A DNA stretch of 38,432 nt. Origin: Escherichia phage T7. The position numbers and the translations under genes were made by a program. Location: the sequence record PV223882. The stretch is one strand, 5' to 3'. Position 1 is the stretch's first letter, and each line of letters begins with the position of its first letter. The notes beneath the pieces are model-generated. The model saw only the letters and a program-made list of their open reading frames with translations. It had not been told where the DNA came from and did not search any database. Shown here in pieces: positions 10,870-20,632 of the stretch.

Positions 10870-12984
10870 ATGATCGTTTCTGACATCGAAGCTAACGCCC
10901 TCTTAGAGAGCGTCACTAAGTTCCACTGCGGGGTTATCTACGACTACTCCACCGCTGAGTACGTAAGCTACCGTCCGAGTGACTTCGGTGCGTATCTGGA
11001 TGCGCTGGAAGCCGAGGTTGCACGAGGCGGTCTTATTGTGTTCCACAACGGTCACAAGTATGACGTTCCTGCATTGACCAAACTGGCAAAGTTGCAATTG
11101 AACCGAGAGTTCCACCTTCCTCGTGAGAACTGTATTGACACCCTTGTGTTGTCACGTTTGATTCATTCCAACCTCAAGGACACCGATATGGGTCTTCTGC
11201 GTTCCGGCAAGTTGCCCGGAAAACGCTTTGGGTCTCACGCTTTGGAGGCGTGGGGTTATCGCTTAGGCGAGATGAAGGGTGAATACAAAGACGACTTTAA
11301 GCGTATGCTTGAAGAGCAGGGTGAAGAATACGTTGACGGAATGGAGTGGTGGAACTTCAACGAAGAGATGATGGACTATAACGTTCAGGACGTTGTGGTA
11401 ACTAAAGCTCTCCTTGAGAAGCTACTCTCTGACAAACATTACTTCCCTCCTGAGATTAACTTTACGGACGTAGGATACACTACGTTCTGGTCAGAATCCC
11501 TTGAGGCCGTTGACATTGAACATCGTGCTGCATGGCTGCTCGCTAAACAAGAGCGCAACGGGTTCCCGTTTGACACAAAAGCAATCGAAGAGTTGTACGT
11601 AGAGTTAGCTGCTCGCCGCTCTGAGTTGCTCCGTAAATTGACCGAAACGTTCGGCTCGTGGTATCAGCCTAAAGGTGGCACTGAGATGTTCTGCCATCCG
11701 CGAACAGGTAAGCCACTACCTAAATACCCTCGCATTAAGACACCTAAAGTTGGTGGTATCTTTAAGAAGCCTAAGAACAAGGCACAGCGAGAAGGCCGTG
11801 AGCCTTGCGAACTTGATACCCGCGAGTACGTTGCTGGTGCTCCTTACACCCCAGTTGAACATGTTGTGTTTAACCCTTCGTCTCGTGACCACATTCAGAA
11901 GAAACTCCAAGAGGCTGGGTGGGTCCCGACCAAGTACACCGATAAGGGTGCTCCTGTGGTGGACGATGAGGTACTCGAAGGAGTACGTGTAGATGACCCT
12001 GAGAAGCAAGCCGCTATCGACCTCATTAAAGAGTACTTGATGATTCAGAAGCGAATCGGACAGTCTGCTGAGGGAGACAAAGCATGGCTTCGTTATGTTG
12101 CTGAGGATGGTAAGATTCATGGTTCTGTTAACCCTAATGGAGCAGTTACGGGTCGTGCGACCCATGCGTTCCCAAACCTTGCGCAAATTCCGGGTGTACG
12201 TTCTCCTTATGGAGAGCAGTGTCGCGCTGCTTTTGGCGCTGAGCACCATTTGGATGGGATAACTGGTAAGCCTTGGGTTCAGGCTGGCATCGACGCATCC
12301 GGTCTTGAGCTACGCTGCTTGGCTCACTTCATGGCTCGCTTTGATAACGGCGAGTACGCTCACGAGATTCTTAACGGCGACATCCACACTAAGAACCAGA
12401 TAGCTGCTGAACTACCTACCCGAGATAACGCTAAGACGTTCATCTATGGGTTCCTCTATGGTGCTGGTGATGAGAAGATTGGACAGATTGTTGGTGCTGG
12501 TAAAGAGCGCGGTAAGGAACTCAAGAAGAAATTCCTTGAGAACACCCCCGCGATTGCAGCACTCCGCGAGTCTATCCAACAGACACTTGTCGAGTCCTCT
12601 CAATGGGTAGCTGGTGAGCAACAAGTCAAGTGGAAACGCCGCTGGATTAAAGGTCTGGATGGTCGTAAGGTACACGTTCGTAGTCCTCACGCTGCCTTGA
12701 ATACCCTACTGCAATCTGCTGGTGCTCTCATCTGCAAACTGTGGATTATCAAGACCGAAGAGATGCTCGTAGAGAAAGGCTTGAAGCATGGCTGGGATGG
12801 GGACTTTGCGTACATGGCATGGGTACATGATGAAATCCAAGTAGGCTGCCGTACCGAAGAGATTGCTCAGGTGGTCATTGAGACCGCACAAGAAGCGATG
12901 CGCTGGGTTGGAGACCACTGGAACTTCCGGTGTCTTCTGGATACCGAAGGTAAGATGGGTCCTAATTGGGCGATTTGCCACTGA
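10870..12984 (+). CDS. 5: DNA polymerase gp5
   Basis: 704-aa [29 protein letters not shown]... with family A polymerase motifs. Confidence 0.97.
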   Translation: MIVSDIEANALLESVTKFHCGVIYDYSTAEYVSYRPSDFGAYLDALEAEVARGGLIVFHNGHKYDVPALTKLAKLQLNREFHLPRENCIDTLVLSRLIHSNLKDTDMGLLRSGKLPGKRFGSHALEAWGYRLGEMKGEYKDDFKRMLEEQGEEYVDGMEWWNFNEEMMDYNVQDVVVTKALLEKLLSDKHYFPPEINFTDVGYTTFWSESLEAVDIEHRAAWLLAKQERNGFPFDTKAIEELYVELAARRSELLRKLTETFGSWYQPKGGTEMFCHPRTGKPLPKYPRIKTPKVGGIFKKPKNKAQREGREPCELDTREYVAGAPYTPVEHVVFNPSSRDHIQKKLQEAGWVPTKYTDKGAPVVDDEVLEGVRVDDPEKQAAIDLIKEYLMIQKRIGQSAEGDKAWLRYVAEDGKIHGSVNPNGAVTGRATHAFPNLAQIPGVRSPYGEQCRAAFGAEHHLDGITGKPWVQAGIDASGLELRCLAHFMARFDNGEYAHEILNGDIHTKNQIAAELPTRDNAKTFIYGFLYGAGDEKIGQIVGAGKERGKELKKKFLENTPAIAALRESIQQTLVESSQWVAGEQQVKWKRRWIKGLDGRKVHVRSPHAALNTLLQSAGALICKLWIIKTEEMLVEKGLKHGWDGDFAYMAWVHDEIQVGCRTEEIAQVVIETAQEAMRWVGDHWNFRCLLDTEGKMGPNWAICH

Positions 12985-13029
12985 TACAGGAGGCTACTCA
13001 AAAGGCATAAAACTATAGGAGAAATTATT

Positions 13030-13329
13030 ATGGCTATGACAAAGAAATTTAAAGTGTCCTTCGACGTTACCGCAAAGATGTCGTCTGACGTTCAGGCAAT
13101 CTTAGAGAAAGATATGCTGCATCTATGTAAGCAGGTCGGCTCAGGTGCGATTGTCCCCAATGGTAAACAGAAGGAAATGATTGTCCAGTTCCTGACACAC
13201 GGTATGGAAGGATTGATGACATTCGTAGTACGTACATCATTTCGTGAGGCCATTAAGGACATGCACGAAGAGTATGCAGATAAGGACTCTTTCAAACAAT
13301 CTCCTGCAACAGTACGGGAGGTGTTCTGA
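13030..13329 (+). CDS. 5.5: Gp5.5 (H-NS binding protein)
   Basis: 99-aa ORF MAMTKKFKVSFDVTAKMSSDVQAILEKDMLHLCKQV... Confidence 0.9.
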   Translation: MAMTKKFKVSFDVTAKMSSDVQAILEKDMLHLCKQVGSGAIVPNGKQKEMIVQFLTHGMEGLMTFVVRTSFREAIKDMHEEYADKDSFKQSPATVREVF

Positions 13330-13538
13330 TGTCTGACTACCTGAAAGTGCTGCAAGCAATCAAAAGTTGCCCTAAGACTTTCCAGTCCAACTATGTACGG
13401 AACAATGCGAGCCTCGTAGCGGAGGCCGCTTCCCGTGGTCACATCTCGTGCCTGACTACTAGTGGACGTAACGGTGGCGCTTGGGAAATCACTGCTTCCG
13501 GTACTCGCTTTCTGAAACGAATGGGAGGATGTGTCTAA
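13329..13538 (+). CDS. 5.7: Gp5.7
   Basis: 69-aa ORF overlapping 5.5 stop (TGATG). Confidence 0.88.
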   Translation: MSDYLKVLQAIKSCPKTFQSNYVRNNASLVAEAASRGHISCLTTSGRNGGAWEITASGTRFLKRMGGCV

Positions 13539-13696
13539 TGTCTCGTGACCTTGTGACTATTCCACGCGATGTGTGGAACGATATACAGGGCTACATCGAC
13601 TCTCTGGAACGTGAGAACGATAGCCTTAAGAATCAACTAATGGAAGCTGACGAATACGTAGCGGAACTAGAGGAGAAACTTAATGGCACTTCTTGA
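13538..13696 (+). CDS. 5.9: Gp5.9 RecBCD inhibitor
   Basis: 52-aa ORF MSRDLVTIPRDVWNDIQGYIDSLERENDSLKNQLMEADEYVAELEEKLNGTS. Confidence 0.85.
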   Translation: MSRDLVTIPRDVWNDIQGYIDSLERENDSLKNQLMEADEYVAELEEKLNGTS

Positions 13697-14585
13697 CCTT
13701 AAACAATTCTATGAGTTACGTGAAGGCTGCGACGACAAGGGTATCCTTGTGATGGACGGCGACTGGCTGGTCTTCCAAGCTATGAGTGCTGCTGAGTTTG
13801 ATGCCTCTTGGGAGGAAGAGATTTGGCACCGATGCTGTGACCACGCTAAGGCCCGTCAGATTCTTGAGGATTCCATTAAGTCCTACGAGACCCGTAAGAA
13901 GGCTTGGGCAGGTGCTCCAATTGTCCTTGCGTTCACCGATAGTGTTAACTGGCGTAAAGAACTGGTTGACCCGAACTATAAGGCTAACCGTAAGGCCGTG
14001 AAGAAACCTGTAGGGTACTTTGAGTTCCTTGATGCTCTCTTTGAGCGCGAAGAGTTCTATTGCATCCGTGAGCCTATGCTTGAGGGTGATGACGTTATGG
14101 GAGTTATTGCTTCCAATCCGTCTGCCTTCGGTGCTCGTAAGGCTGTAATCATCTCTTGCGATAAGGACTTTAAGACCATCCCTAACTGTGACTTCCTGTG
14201 GTGTACCACTGGTAACATCCTGACTCAGACCGAAGAGTCCGCTGACTGGTGGCACCTCTTCCAGACCATCAAGGGTGACATCACTGATGGTTACTCAGGG
14301 ATTGCTGGATGGGGTGATACCGCCGAGGACTTCTTGAATAACCCGTTCATAACCGAGCCTAAAACGTCTGTGCTTAAGTCCGGTAAGAACAAAGGCCAAG
14401 AGGTTACTAAATGGGTTAAACGCGACCCTGAGCCTCATGAGACGCTTTGGGACTGCATTAAGTCCATTGGCGCGAAGGCTGGTATGACCGAAGAGGATAT
14501 TATCAAGCAGGGCCAAATGGCTCGAATCCTACGGTTCAACGAGTACAACTTTATTGACAAGGAGATTTACCTGTGGAGACCGTAG
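13683..14585 (+). CDS. 6: 5'-3' exonuclease gp6
   Basis: 300-aa ORF MALLDLKQFYELREGCDDKGILVMDGDWLVFQAMSA... Confidence 0.96.
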   Translation: MALLDLKQFYELREGCDDKGILVMDGDWLVFQAMSAAEFDASWEEEIWHRCCDHAKARQILEDSIKSYETRKKAWAGAPIVLAFTDSVNWRKELVDPNYKANRKAVKKPVGYFEFLDALFEREEFYCIREPMLEGDDVMGVIASNPSAFGARKAVIISCDKDFKTIPNCDFLWCTTGNILTQTEESADWWHLFQTIKGDITDGYSGIAGWGDTAEDFLNNPFITEPKTSVLKSGKNKGQEVTKWVKRDPEPHETLWDCIKSIGAKAGMTEEDIIKQGQMARILRFNEYNFIDKEIYLWRP

Positions 14586-14686
14586 CGTATATTGGTCTGG
14601 GTCTTTGTGTTCTCGGAGTGTGCCTCATTTCGTGGGGCCTTTGGGACTTAGCCAGAATAATCAAGTCGTTACACGACACTAAGTGA
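14573..14686 (+). CDS. 6.3: Gp6.3 small membrane-like protein (GTG start)
   Basis: 37-codon ORF overlapping the gene 6 end; hydrophobic AYIGLGLCVLGVCLISWGLW. Confidence 0.7.
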   Translation: METVAYIGLGLCVLGVCLISWGLWDLARIIKSLHDTK

Positions 14687-14706
14687 TAAACTCAAGGTCC
14701 CTAAAT

Positions 14707-14729
14707 TAATACGACTCACTATAGGGAGA
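14707..14729 (+). promoter_or_regulatory. T7 class III promoter phi6.5
   Basis: taatacgactcactatagggaga exact consensus. Confidence 0.9.
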
Positions 14730-14783
14730 TAGGGGCCTTTACGATTATTACTTTAAGATTTAACTCTAAGAGGAATCTTTATT

Positions 14784-15038
14784 ATGTTAACACCTATTAA
14801 CCAATTACTTAAGAACCCTAACGATATTCCAGATGTACCTCGTGCAACCGCTGAGTATCTACAGGTTCGATTCAACTATGCGTACCTCGAAGCGTCTGGT
14901 CATATAGGACTTATGCGTGCTAATGGTTGTAGTGAGGCCCACATCTTGGGTTTCATTCAGGGCCTACAGTATGCCTCTAACGTCATTGACGAGATTGAGT
15001 TACGCAAGGAACAACTAAGAGATGATGGGGAGGATTGA
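14784..15038 (+). CDS. 6.5: Gp6.5
   Basis: 84-aa [30 protein letters not shown]... Confidence 0.9.
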
Positions 15039-15042
15039 CACT

Positions 15043-15309
15043 ATGTGTTTCTCACCGAAAATTAAAACTCCGAAGATGGATACCAATCAGATTCGAGCCG
15101 TTGAGCCAGCGCCTCTGACCCAAGAAGTGTCAAGCGTGGAGTTCGGTGGGTCTTCTGATGAGACGGATACCGAGGGCACCGAAGTGTCTGGACGCAAAGG
15201 CCTCAAGGTCGAACGTGATGATTCCGTAGCGAAGTCTAAAGCCAGCGGCAATGGCTCCGCTCGTATGAAATCTTCCATCCGTAAGTCCGCATTTGGAGGT
15301 AAGAAGTGA
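15043..15309 (+). CDS. 6.7: Gp6.7 virion protein
   Basis: 88-aa ORF MCFSPKIKTPKMDTNQIRAV... Confidence 0.88.
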   Translation: MCFSPKIKTPKMDTNQIRAVEPAPLTQEVSSVEFGGSSDETDTEGTEVSGRKGLKVERDDSVAKSKASGNGSARMKSSIRKSAFGGKK

Positions 15310-15710
15310 TGTCTGAGTTCACATGTGTGGAGGCTAAGAGTCGCTTCCGTGCAATCCGGTGGACTGTGGAACACCTTGGGTTGCCTAAAGGATTCGAAGG
15401 ACACTTTGTGGGCTACAGCCTCTACGTAGACGAAGTGATGGACATGTCTGGTTGCCGTGAAGAGTACATTCTGGACTCTACCGGAAAACATGTAGCGTAC
15501 TTCGCGTGGTGCGTAAGCTGTGACATTCACCACAAAGGAGACATTCTGGATGTAACGTCCGTTGTCATTAATCCTGAGGCAGACTCTAAGGGCTTACAGC
15601 GATTCCTAGCGAAACGCTTTAAGTACCTTGCGGAACTCCACGATTGCGATTGGGTGTCTCGTTGTAAGCATGAAGGCGAGACAATGCGTGTATACTTTAA
15701 GGAGGTATAA
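15309..15710 (+). CDS. 7: Gp7 (host-range / virion assembly)
   Basis: 133-aa ORF MSEFTCVEAKSRFRAIRWTVEHLG... Confidence 0.9.
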   Translation: MSEFTCVEAKSRFRAIRWTVEHLGLPKGFEGHFVGYSLYVDEVMDMSGCREEYILDSTGKHVAYFAWCVSCDIHHKGDILDVTSVVINPEADSKGLQRFLAKRFKYLAELHDCDWVSRCKHEGETMRVYFKEV

Positions 15711-15713
15711 GTT

Positions 15714-16013
15714 ATGGGTAAGAAAGTTAAGAAGGCCGTGAAGAAAGTCACCAAGTCCGTTAAGAAAGTCGTTAAGGAAGGGGCTCGTCCGGTTAAACAG
15801 GTTGCTGGCGGTCTAGCTGGTCTGGCTGGTGGTACTGGTGAAGCACAGATGGTGGAAGCACCACAAGCTGCCGCACAGATTGTTGACGTACCTGAGAAAG
15901 AGGTTTCCACTGAGGACGAAGCACAGACAGAAAGCGGACGCAAGAAAGCTCGTGCTGGCGGTAAGAAATCCTTGAGTGTAGCCCGTAGCTCCGGTGGCGG
16001 TATCAACATTTAA
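15714..16013 (+). CDS. 7.3: Gp7.3 tail-associated protein
   Basis: 99-aa lysine-rich ORF MGKKVKKAVKKVTKSVKKVVKEGARP... Confidence 0.92.
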   Translation: MGKKVKKAVKKVTKSVKKVVKEGARPVKQVAGGLAGLAGGTGEAQMVEAPQAAAQIVDVPEKEVSTEDEAQTESGRKKARAGGKKSLSVARSSGGGINI

Positions 16014-16026
16014 TCAGGAGGTTATC

Positions 16027-16290
16027 GTGGAAGACTGCATTGAATGGACCGGAGGTGTCAACTCTAAGGGTTATGGTCGTAAGTGGGTTAATGGTAAACT
16101 TGTGACTCCACATAGGCACATCTATGAGGAGACATATGGTCCAGTTCCAACAGGAATTGTGGTGATGCATATCTGCGATAACCCTAGGTGCTATAACATA
16201 AAGCACCTTACGCTTGGAACTCCAAAGGATAATTCCGAGGACATGGTTACCAAAGGTAGACAGGCTAAAGGAGAGGAACTAAGCAAGTAA
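16027..16290 (+). pseudogene. 7.7: Gene 7.7 (HNH endonuclease-like), truncated by the LysK cassette insertion
   Basis: GTG-start ORF with HNH motif HICDNPRCYNIKHL ends at ...GEELSK; the stop codon is supplied by the first TAA of the inserted promoter. Confidence 0.8.
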
Positions 16291-16310
16291 TACGACTCAC
16301 TATAGGCCTC
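16288..16310 (+). promoter_or_regulatory. Inserted T7 promoter (pET-style, lac operator absent) driving the LysK cassette
   Basis: taatacgactcactatagg followed by cctctagaaataattttgtttaactttaagaaggagatatacatATG; leader and RBS identical to the native gene 10 leader. Confidence 0.9.
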
Positions 16311-16350
16311 TAGAAATAATTTTGTTTAACTTTAAGAAGGAGATATACAT

Positions 16351-17874
16351 ATGGGCAGCAGCCATCATCATCATCATCACAGCAGCGGCGCTAAGACTCA
16401 AGCAGAAATAAATAAACGTTTAGACGCTTATGCAAAAGGTACAGTAGACAGTCCTTATAGAATTAAAAAAGCTACAAGCTATGACCCATCGTTTGGTGTA
16501 ATGGAAGCAGGAGCAATTGACGCAGATGGTTACTATCATGCACAGTGCCAAGACTTAATTACTGATTATGTATTATGGTTAACAGATAATAAAGTTAGAA
16601 CTTGGGGTAATGCTAAAGACCAAATCAAACAAAGTTATGGTACTGGATTTAAAATACATGAAAATAAACCTTCTACAGTACCTAAAAAAGGATGGATTGC
16701 TGTATTTACATCCGGTAGTTATCAGCAATGGGGTCACATAGGTATTGTATATGATGGAGGTAATACTTCTACATTTACTATTTTAGAGCAAAACTGGAAC
16801 GGTTACGCTAATAAAAAACCTACAAAACGTGTAGATAATTATTACGGATTAACTCATTTTATTGAGATACCTGTAAAAGCAGGAACTACTGTTAAAAAAG
16901 AAACAGCTAAGAAAAGTGCAAGTAAAACACCTGCACCTAAAAAGAAAGCAACACTAAAAGTTTCTAAGAACCATATTAACTATACAATGGATAAACGTGG
17001 TAAGAAACCTGAAGGAATGGTAATACACAACGATGCAGGTCGTTCTTCAGGGCAACAATACGAGAATTCATTAGCTAACGCAGGTTATGCTAGATATGCT
17101 AATGGTATTGCTCATTACTATGGCTCTGAAGGTTATGTATGGGAAGCAATAGATGCTAAGAATCAAATTGCTTGGCACACAGGAGATGGAACAGGAGCAA
17201 ACTCAGGTAACTTTAGATTTGCAGGTATTGAAGTCTGTCAATCAATGAGTGCTAGTGATGCTCAATTCCTTAAAAACGAACAAGCAGTATTCCAATTTAC
17301 TGCAGAGAAATTTAAAGAATGGGGTCTTACTCCTAATCGTAAAACTGTAAGATTGCATATGGAATTTGTTCCAACAGCTTGTCCTCATCGTTCTATGGTT
17401 CTTCATACAGGATTTAATCCAGTAACACAAGGAAGACCATCTCAAGCAATAATGAATAAACTAAAAGATTATTTCATTAAACAAATTAAAAACTACATGG
17501 ATAAAGGAACTTCAAGTTCTACAGTAGTTAAAGACGGTAAAACAAGTAGCGCAAGTACACCGGCAACTAGACCAGTAACAGGCTCTTGGAAAAAGAACCA
17601 GTACGGAACTTGGTACAAACCGGAAAATGCAACATTTGTTAATGGTAACCAACCTATAGTAACTAGAATAGGTTCTCCATTCTTAAATGCTCCAGTAGGA
17701 GGTAACTTACCGGCAGGAGCTACAATTGTATATGACGAAGTTTGTATCCAAGCAGGTCACATTTGGATAGGTTACAATGCTTACAATGGTGACAGAGTAT
17801 ATTGCCCTGTTAGAACTTGTCAAGGAGTTCCACCTAATCATATACCTGGGGTTGCCTGGGGAGTATTCAAATAG
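16351..17874 (+). CDS. lysK: Heterologous N-terminally His6-tagged staphylococcal phage endolysin (LysK of phage K; CHAP, amidase_2 and SH3b domains)
   Basis: [13 protein letters not shown] tag then [33 protein letters not shown]... recognised as LysK; CHAP Cys in ...YHAQCQDL; AT-rich native codons. Confidence 0.88.
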
Positions 17875-17905
17875 TACTACAGCGTAAGACATGGAGACAC
17901 ATTTA

Positions 17906-19516
17906 ATGGCTGAGAAACGAACAGGACTTGCGGAGGATGGCGCAAAGTCTGTCTATGAGCGTTTAAAGAACGACCGTGCTCCCTATGAGACACGCGCTCA
18001 GAATTGCGCTCAATATACCATCCCATCATTGTTCCCTAAGGACTCCGATAACGCCTCTACAGATTATCAAACTCCGTGGCAAGCCGTGGGCGCTCGTGGT
18101 CTGAACAATCTAGCCTCTAAGCTCATGCTGGCTCTATTCCCTATGCAGACTTGGATGCGACTTACTATATCTGAATATGAAGCAAAGCAGTTACTGAGCG
18201 ACCCCGATGGACTCGCTAAGGTCGATGAGGGCCTCTCGATGGTAGAGCGTATCATCATGAACTACATTGAGTCTAACAGTTACCGCGTGACTCTCTTTGA
18301 GGCTCTCAAACAGTTAGTCGTAGCTGGTAACGTCCTGCTGTACCTACCGGAACCGGAAGGGTCAAACTATAATCCCATGAAGCTGTACCGATTGTCTTCT
18401 TATGTGGTCCAACGAGACGCATTCGGCAACGTTCTGCAAATGGTGACTCGTGACCAGATAGCTTTTGGTGCTCTCCCTGAGGACATCCGTAAGGCTGTAG
18501 AAGGTCAAGGTGGTGAGAAGAAAGCTGATGAGACAATCGACGTGTACACTCACATCTATCTGGATGAGGACTCAGGTGAATACCTCCGATACGAAGAGGT
18601 CGAGGGTATGGAAGTCCAAGGCTCCGATGGGACTTATCCTAAAGAGGCTTGCCCATACATCCCGATTCGGATGGTCAGACTAGATGGTGAATCCTACGGT
18701 CGTTCGTACATTGAGGAATACTTAGGTGACTTACGGTCCCTTGAAAATCTCCAAGAGGCTATCGTCAAGATGTCCATGATTAGCTCTAAGGTTATCGGCT
18801 TAGTGAATCCTGCTGGTATCACCCAGCCACGCCGACTGACCAAAGCTCAGACTGGTGACTTCGTTACTGGTCGTCCAGAAGACATCTCGTTCCTCCAACT
18901 GGAGAAGCAAGCAGACTTTACTGTAGCTAAAGCCGTAAGTGACGCTATCGAGGCTCGCCTTTCGTTTGCCTTTATGTTGAACTCTGCGGTTCAGCGTACA
19001 GGTGAACGTGTGACCGCCGAAGAGATTCGGTATGTAGCTTCTGAACTTGAAGATACTTTAGGTGGTGTCTACTCTATCCTTTCTCAAGAATTACAATTGC
19101 CTCTGGTACGAGTGCTCTTGAAGCAACTACAAGCCACGCAACAGATTCCTGAGTTACCTAAGGAAGCCGTAGAGCCAACCATTAGTACAGGTCTGGAAGC
19201 AATTGGTCGAGGACAAGACCTTGATAAGCTGGAGCGGTGTGTCACTGCGTGGGCTGCACTGGCACCTATGCGGGACGACCCTGATATTAACCTTGCGATG
19301 ATTAAGTTACGTATTGCCAACGCTATCGGTATTGACACTTCTGGTATTCTACTCACCGAAGAACAGAAGCAACAGAAGATGGCCCAACAGTCTATGCAAA
19401 TGGGTATGGATAATGGTGCTGCTGCGCTGGCTCAAGGTATGGCTGCACAAGCTACAGCTTCACCTGAGGCTATGGCTGCTGCCGCTGATTCCGTAGGTTT
19501 ACAGCCGGGAATTTAA
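17906..19516 (+). CDS. 8: Head-tail connector (portal) protein gp8
   Basis: 536-aa ORF MAEKRTGLAEDGAKSVYERL...; native upstream sequence retained. Confidence 0.97.
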   Translation: MAEKRTGLAEDGAKSVYERLKNDRAPYETRAQNCAQYTIPSLFPKDSDNASTDYQTPWQAVGARGLNNLASKLMLALFPMQTWMRLTISEYEAKQLLSDPDGLAKVDEGLSMVERIIMNYIESNSYRVTLFEALKQLVVAGNVLLYLPEPEGSNYNPMKLYRLSSYVVQRDAFGNVLQMVTRDQIAFGALPEDIRKAVEGQGGEKKADETIDVYTHIYLDEDSGEYLRYEEVEGMEVQGSDGTYPKEACPYIPIRMVRLDGESYGRSYIEEYLGDLRSLENLQEAIVKMSMISSKVIGLVNPAGITQPRRLTKAQTGDFVTGRPEDISFLQLEKQADFTVAKAVSDAIEARLSFAFMLNSAVQRTGERVTAEEIRYVASELEDTLGGVYSILSQELQLPLVRVLLKQLQATQQIPELPKEAVEPTISTGLEAIGRGQDLDKLERCVTAWAALAPMRDDPDINLAMIKLRIANAIGIDTSGILLTEEQKQQKMAQQSMQMGMDNGAAALAQGMAAQATASPEAMAAAADSVGLQPGI

Positions 19517-19536
19517 TACGACTCACTATAGGGAGA
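19514..19536 (+). promoter_or_regulatory. T7 class III promoter phi9
   Basis: taatacgactcactatagggaga. Confidence 0.9.
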
Positions 19537-19615
19537 CCTCATCTTTGAAATGAGCGATGACAAGAGGTTGGAGTCCTCGGTCTTCCTGTAGTTCAACTTT
19601 AAGGAGACAATAATA

Positions 19616-20539
19616 ATGGCTGAATCTAATGCAGACGTATATGCATCTTTTGGCGTGAACTCCGCTGTGATGTCTGGTGGTTCCGTTGAGGAACATGAGC
19701 AGAACATGCTGGCTCTTGATGTTGCTGCCCGTGATGGCGATGATGCAATCGAGTTAGCGTCAGACGAAGTGGAAACAGAACGTGACCTGTATGACAACTC
19801 TGACCCGTTCGGTCAAGAGGATGACGAAGGCCGCATTCAGGTTCGTATCGGTGATGGCTCTGAGCCGACCGATGTGGACACTGGAGAAGAAGGCGTTGAG
19901 GGCACCGAAGGTTCCGAAGAGTTTACCCCACTGGGCGAGACTCCAGAAGAACTGGTAGCTGCCTCTGAGCAACTTGGTGAGCACGAAGAGGGCTTCCAAG
20001 AGATGATTAACATTGCTGCTGAGCGTGGCATGAGTGTCGAGACCATTGAGGCTATCCAGCGTGAGTACGAGGAGAACGAAGAGTTGTCCGCCGAGTCCTA
20101 CGCTAAGCTGGCTGAAATTGGCTACACGAAGGCTTTCATTGACTCGTATATCCGTGGTCAAGAAGCTCTGGTGGAGCAGTACGTAAACAGTGTCATTGAG
20201 TACGCTGGTGGTCGTGAACGTTTTGATGCACTGTATAACCACCTTGAGACGCACAACCCTGAGGCTGCACAGTCGCTGGATAATGCGTTGACCAATCGTG
20301 ACTTAGCGACCGTTAAGGCTATCATCAACTTGGCTGGTGAGTCTCGCGCTAAGGCGTTCGGTCGTAAGCCAACTCGTAGTGTGACTAATCGTGCTATTCC
20401 GGCTAAACCTCAGGCTACCAAGCGTGAAGGCTTTGCGGACAGTAGCGAGATGATTAAAGCTATGAGTGACCCTCGGTATCGCACAGATGCCAACTATCGT
20501 CGTCAAGTCGAACAGAAAGTAATCGATTCGAACTTCTGA
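19616..20539 (+). CDS. 9: Capsid assembly (scaffolding) protein gp9
   Basis: 307-aa acidic ORF MAESNADVYASFGVNSAVMSGG... Confidence 0.96.
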   Translation: MAESNADVYASFGVNSAVMSGGSVEEHEQNMLALDVAARDGDDAIELASDEVETERDLYDNSDPFGQEDDEGRIQVRIGDGSEPTDVDTGEEGVEGTEGSEEFTPLGETPEELVAASEQLGEHEEGFQEMINIAAERGMSVETIEAIQREYEENEELSAESYAKLAEIGYTKAFIDSYIRGQEALVEQYVNSVIEYAGGRERFDALYNHLETHNPEAAQSLDNALTNRDLATVKAIINLAGESRAKAFGRKPTRSVTNRAIPAKPQATKREGFADSSEMIKAMSDPRYRTDANYRRQVEQKVIDSNF

Positions 20540-20552
20540 TAGACTTCGAAAT

Positions 20553-20575
20553 TAATACGACTCACTATAGGGAGA
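20553..20575 (+). promoter_or_regulatory. T7 class III promoter phi10 with native gene 10 leader
   Basis: taatacgactcactatagggagaccacaacggtttccctctagaaataattttgtttaactttaagaaggagatatacatATG. Confidence 0.95.
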
Positions 20576-20632
20576 CCACAACGGTTTCCCTCTAGAAATA
20601 ATTTTGTTTAACTTTAAGAAGGAGATATACAT

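Noticed and set aside
16363-16380. Poly-histidine codon runs (also 22478..22495) as natural histidine-rich motifs or slippery repeats
   Set aside because: Each is exactly six His codons in the context of a standard affinity tag.
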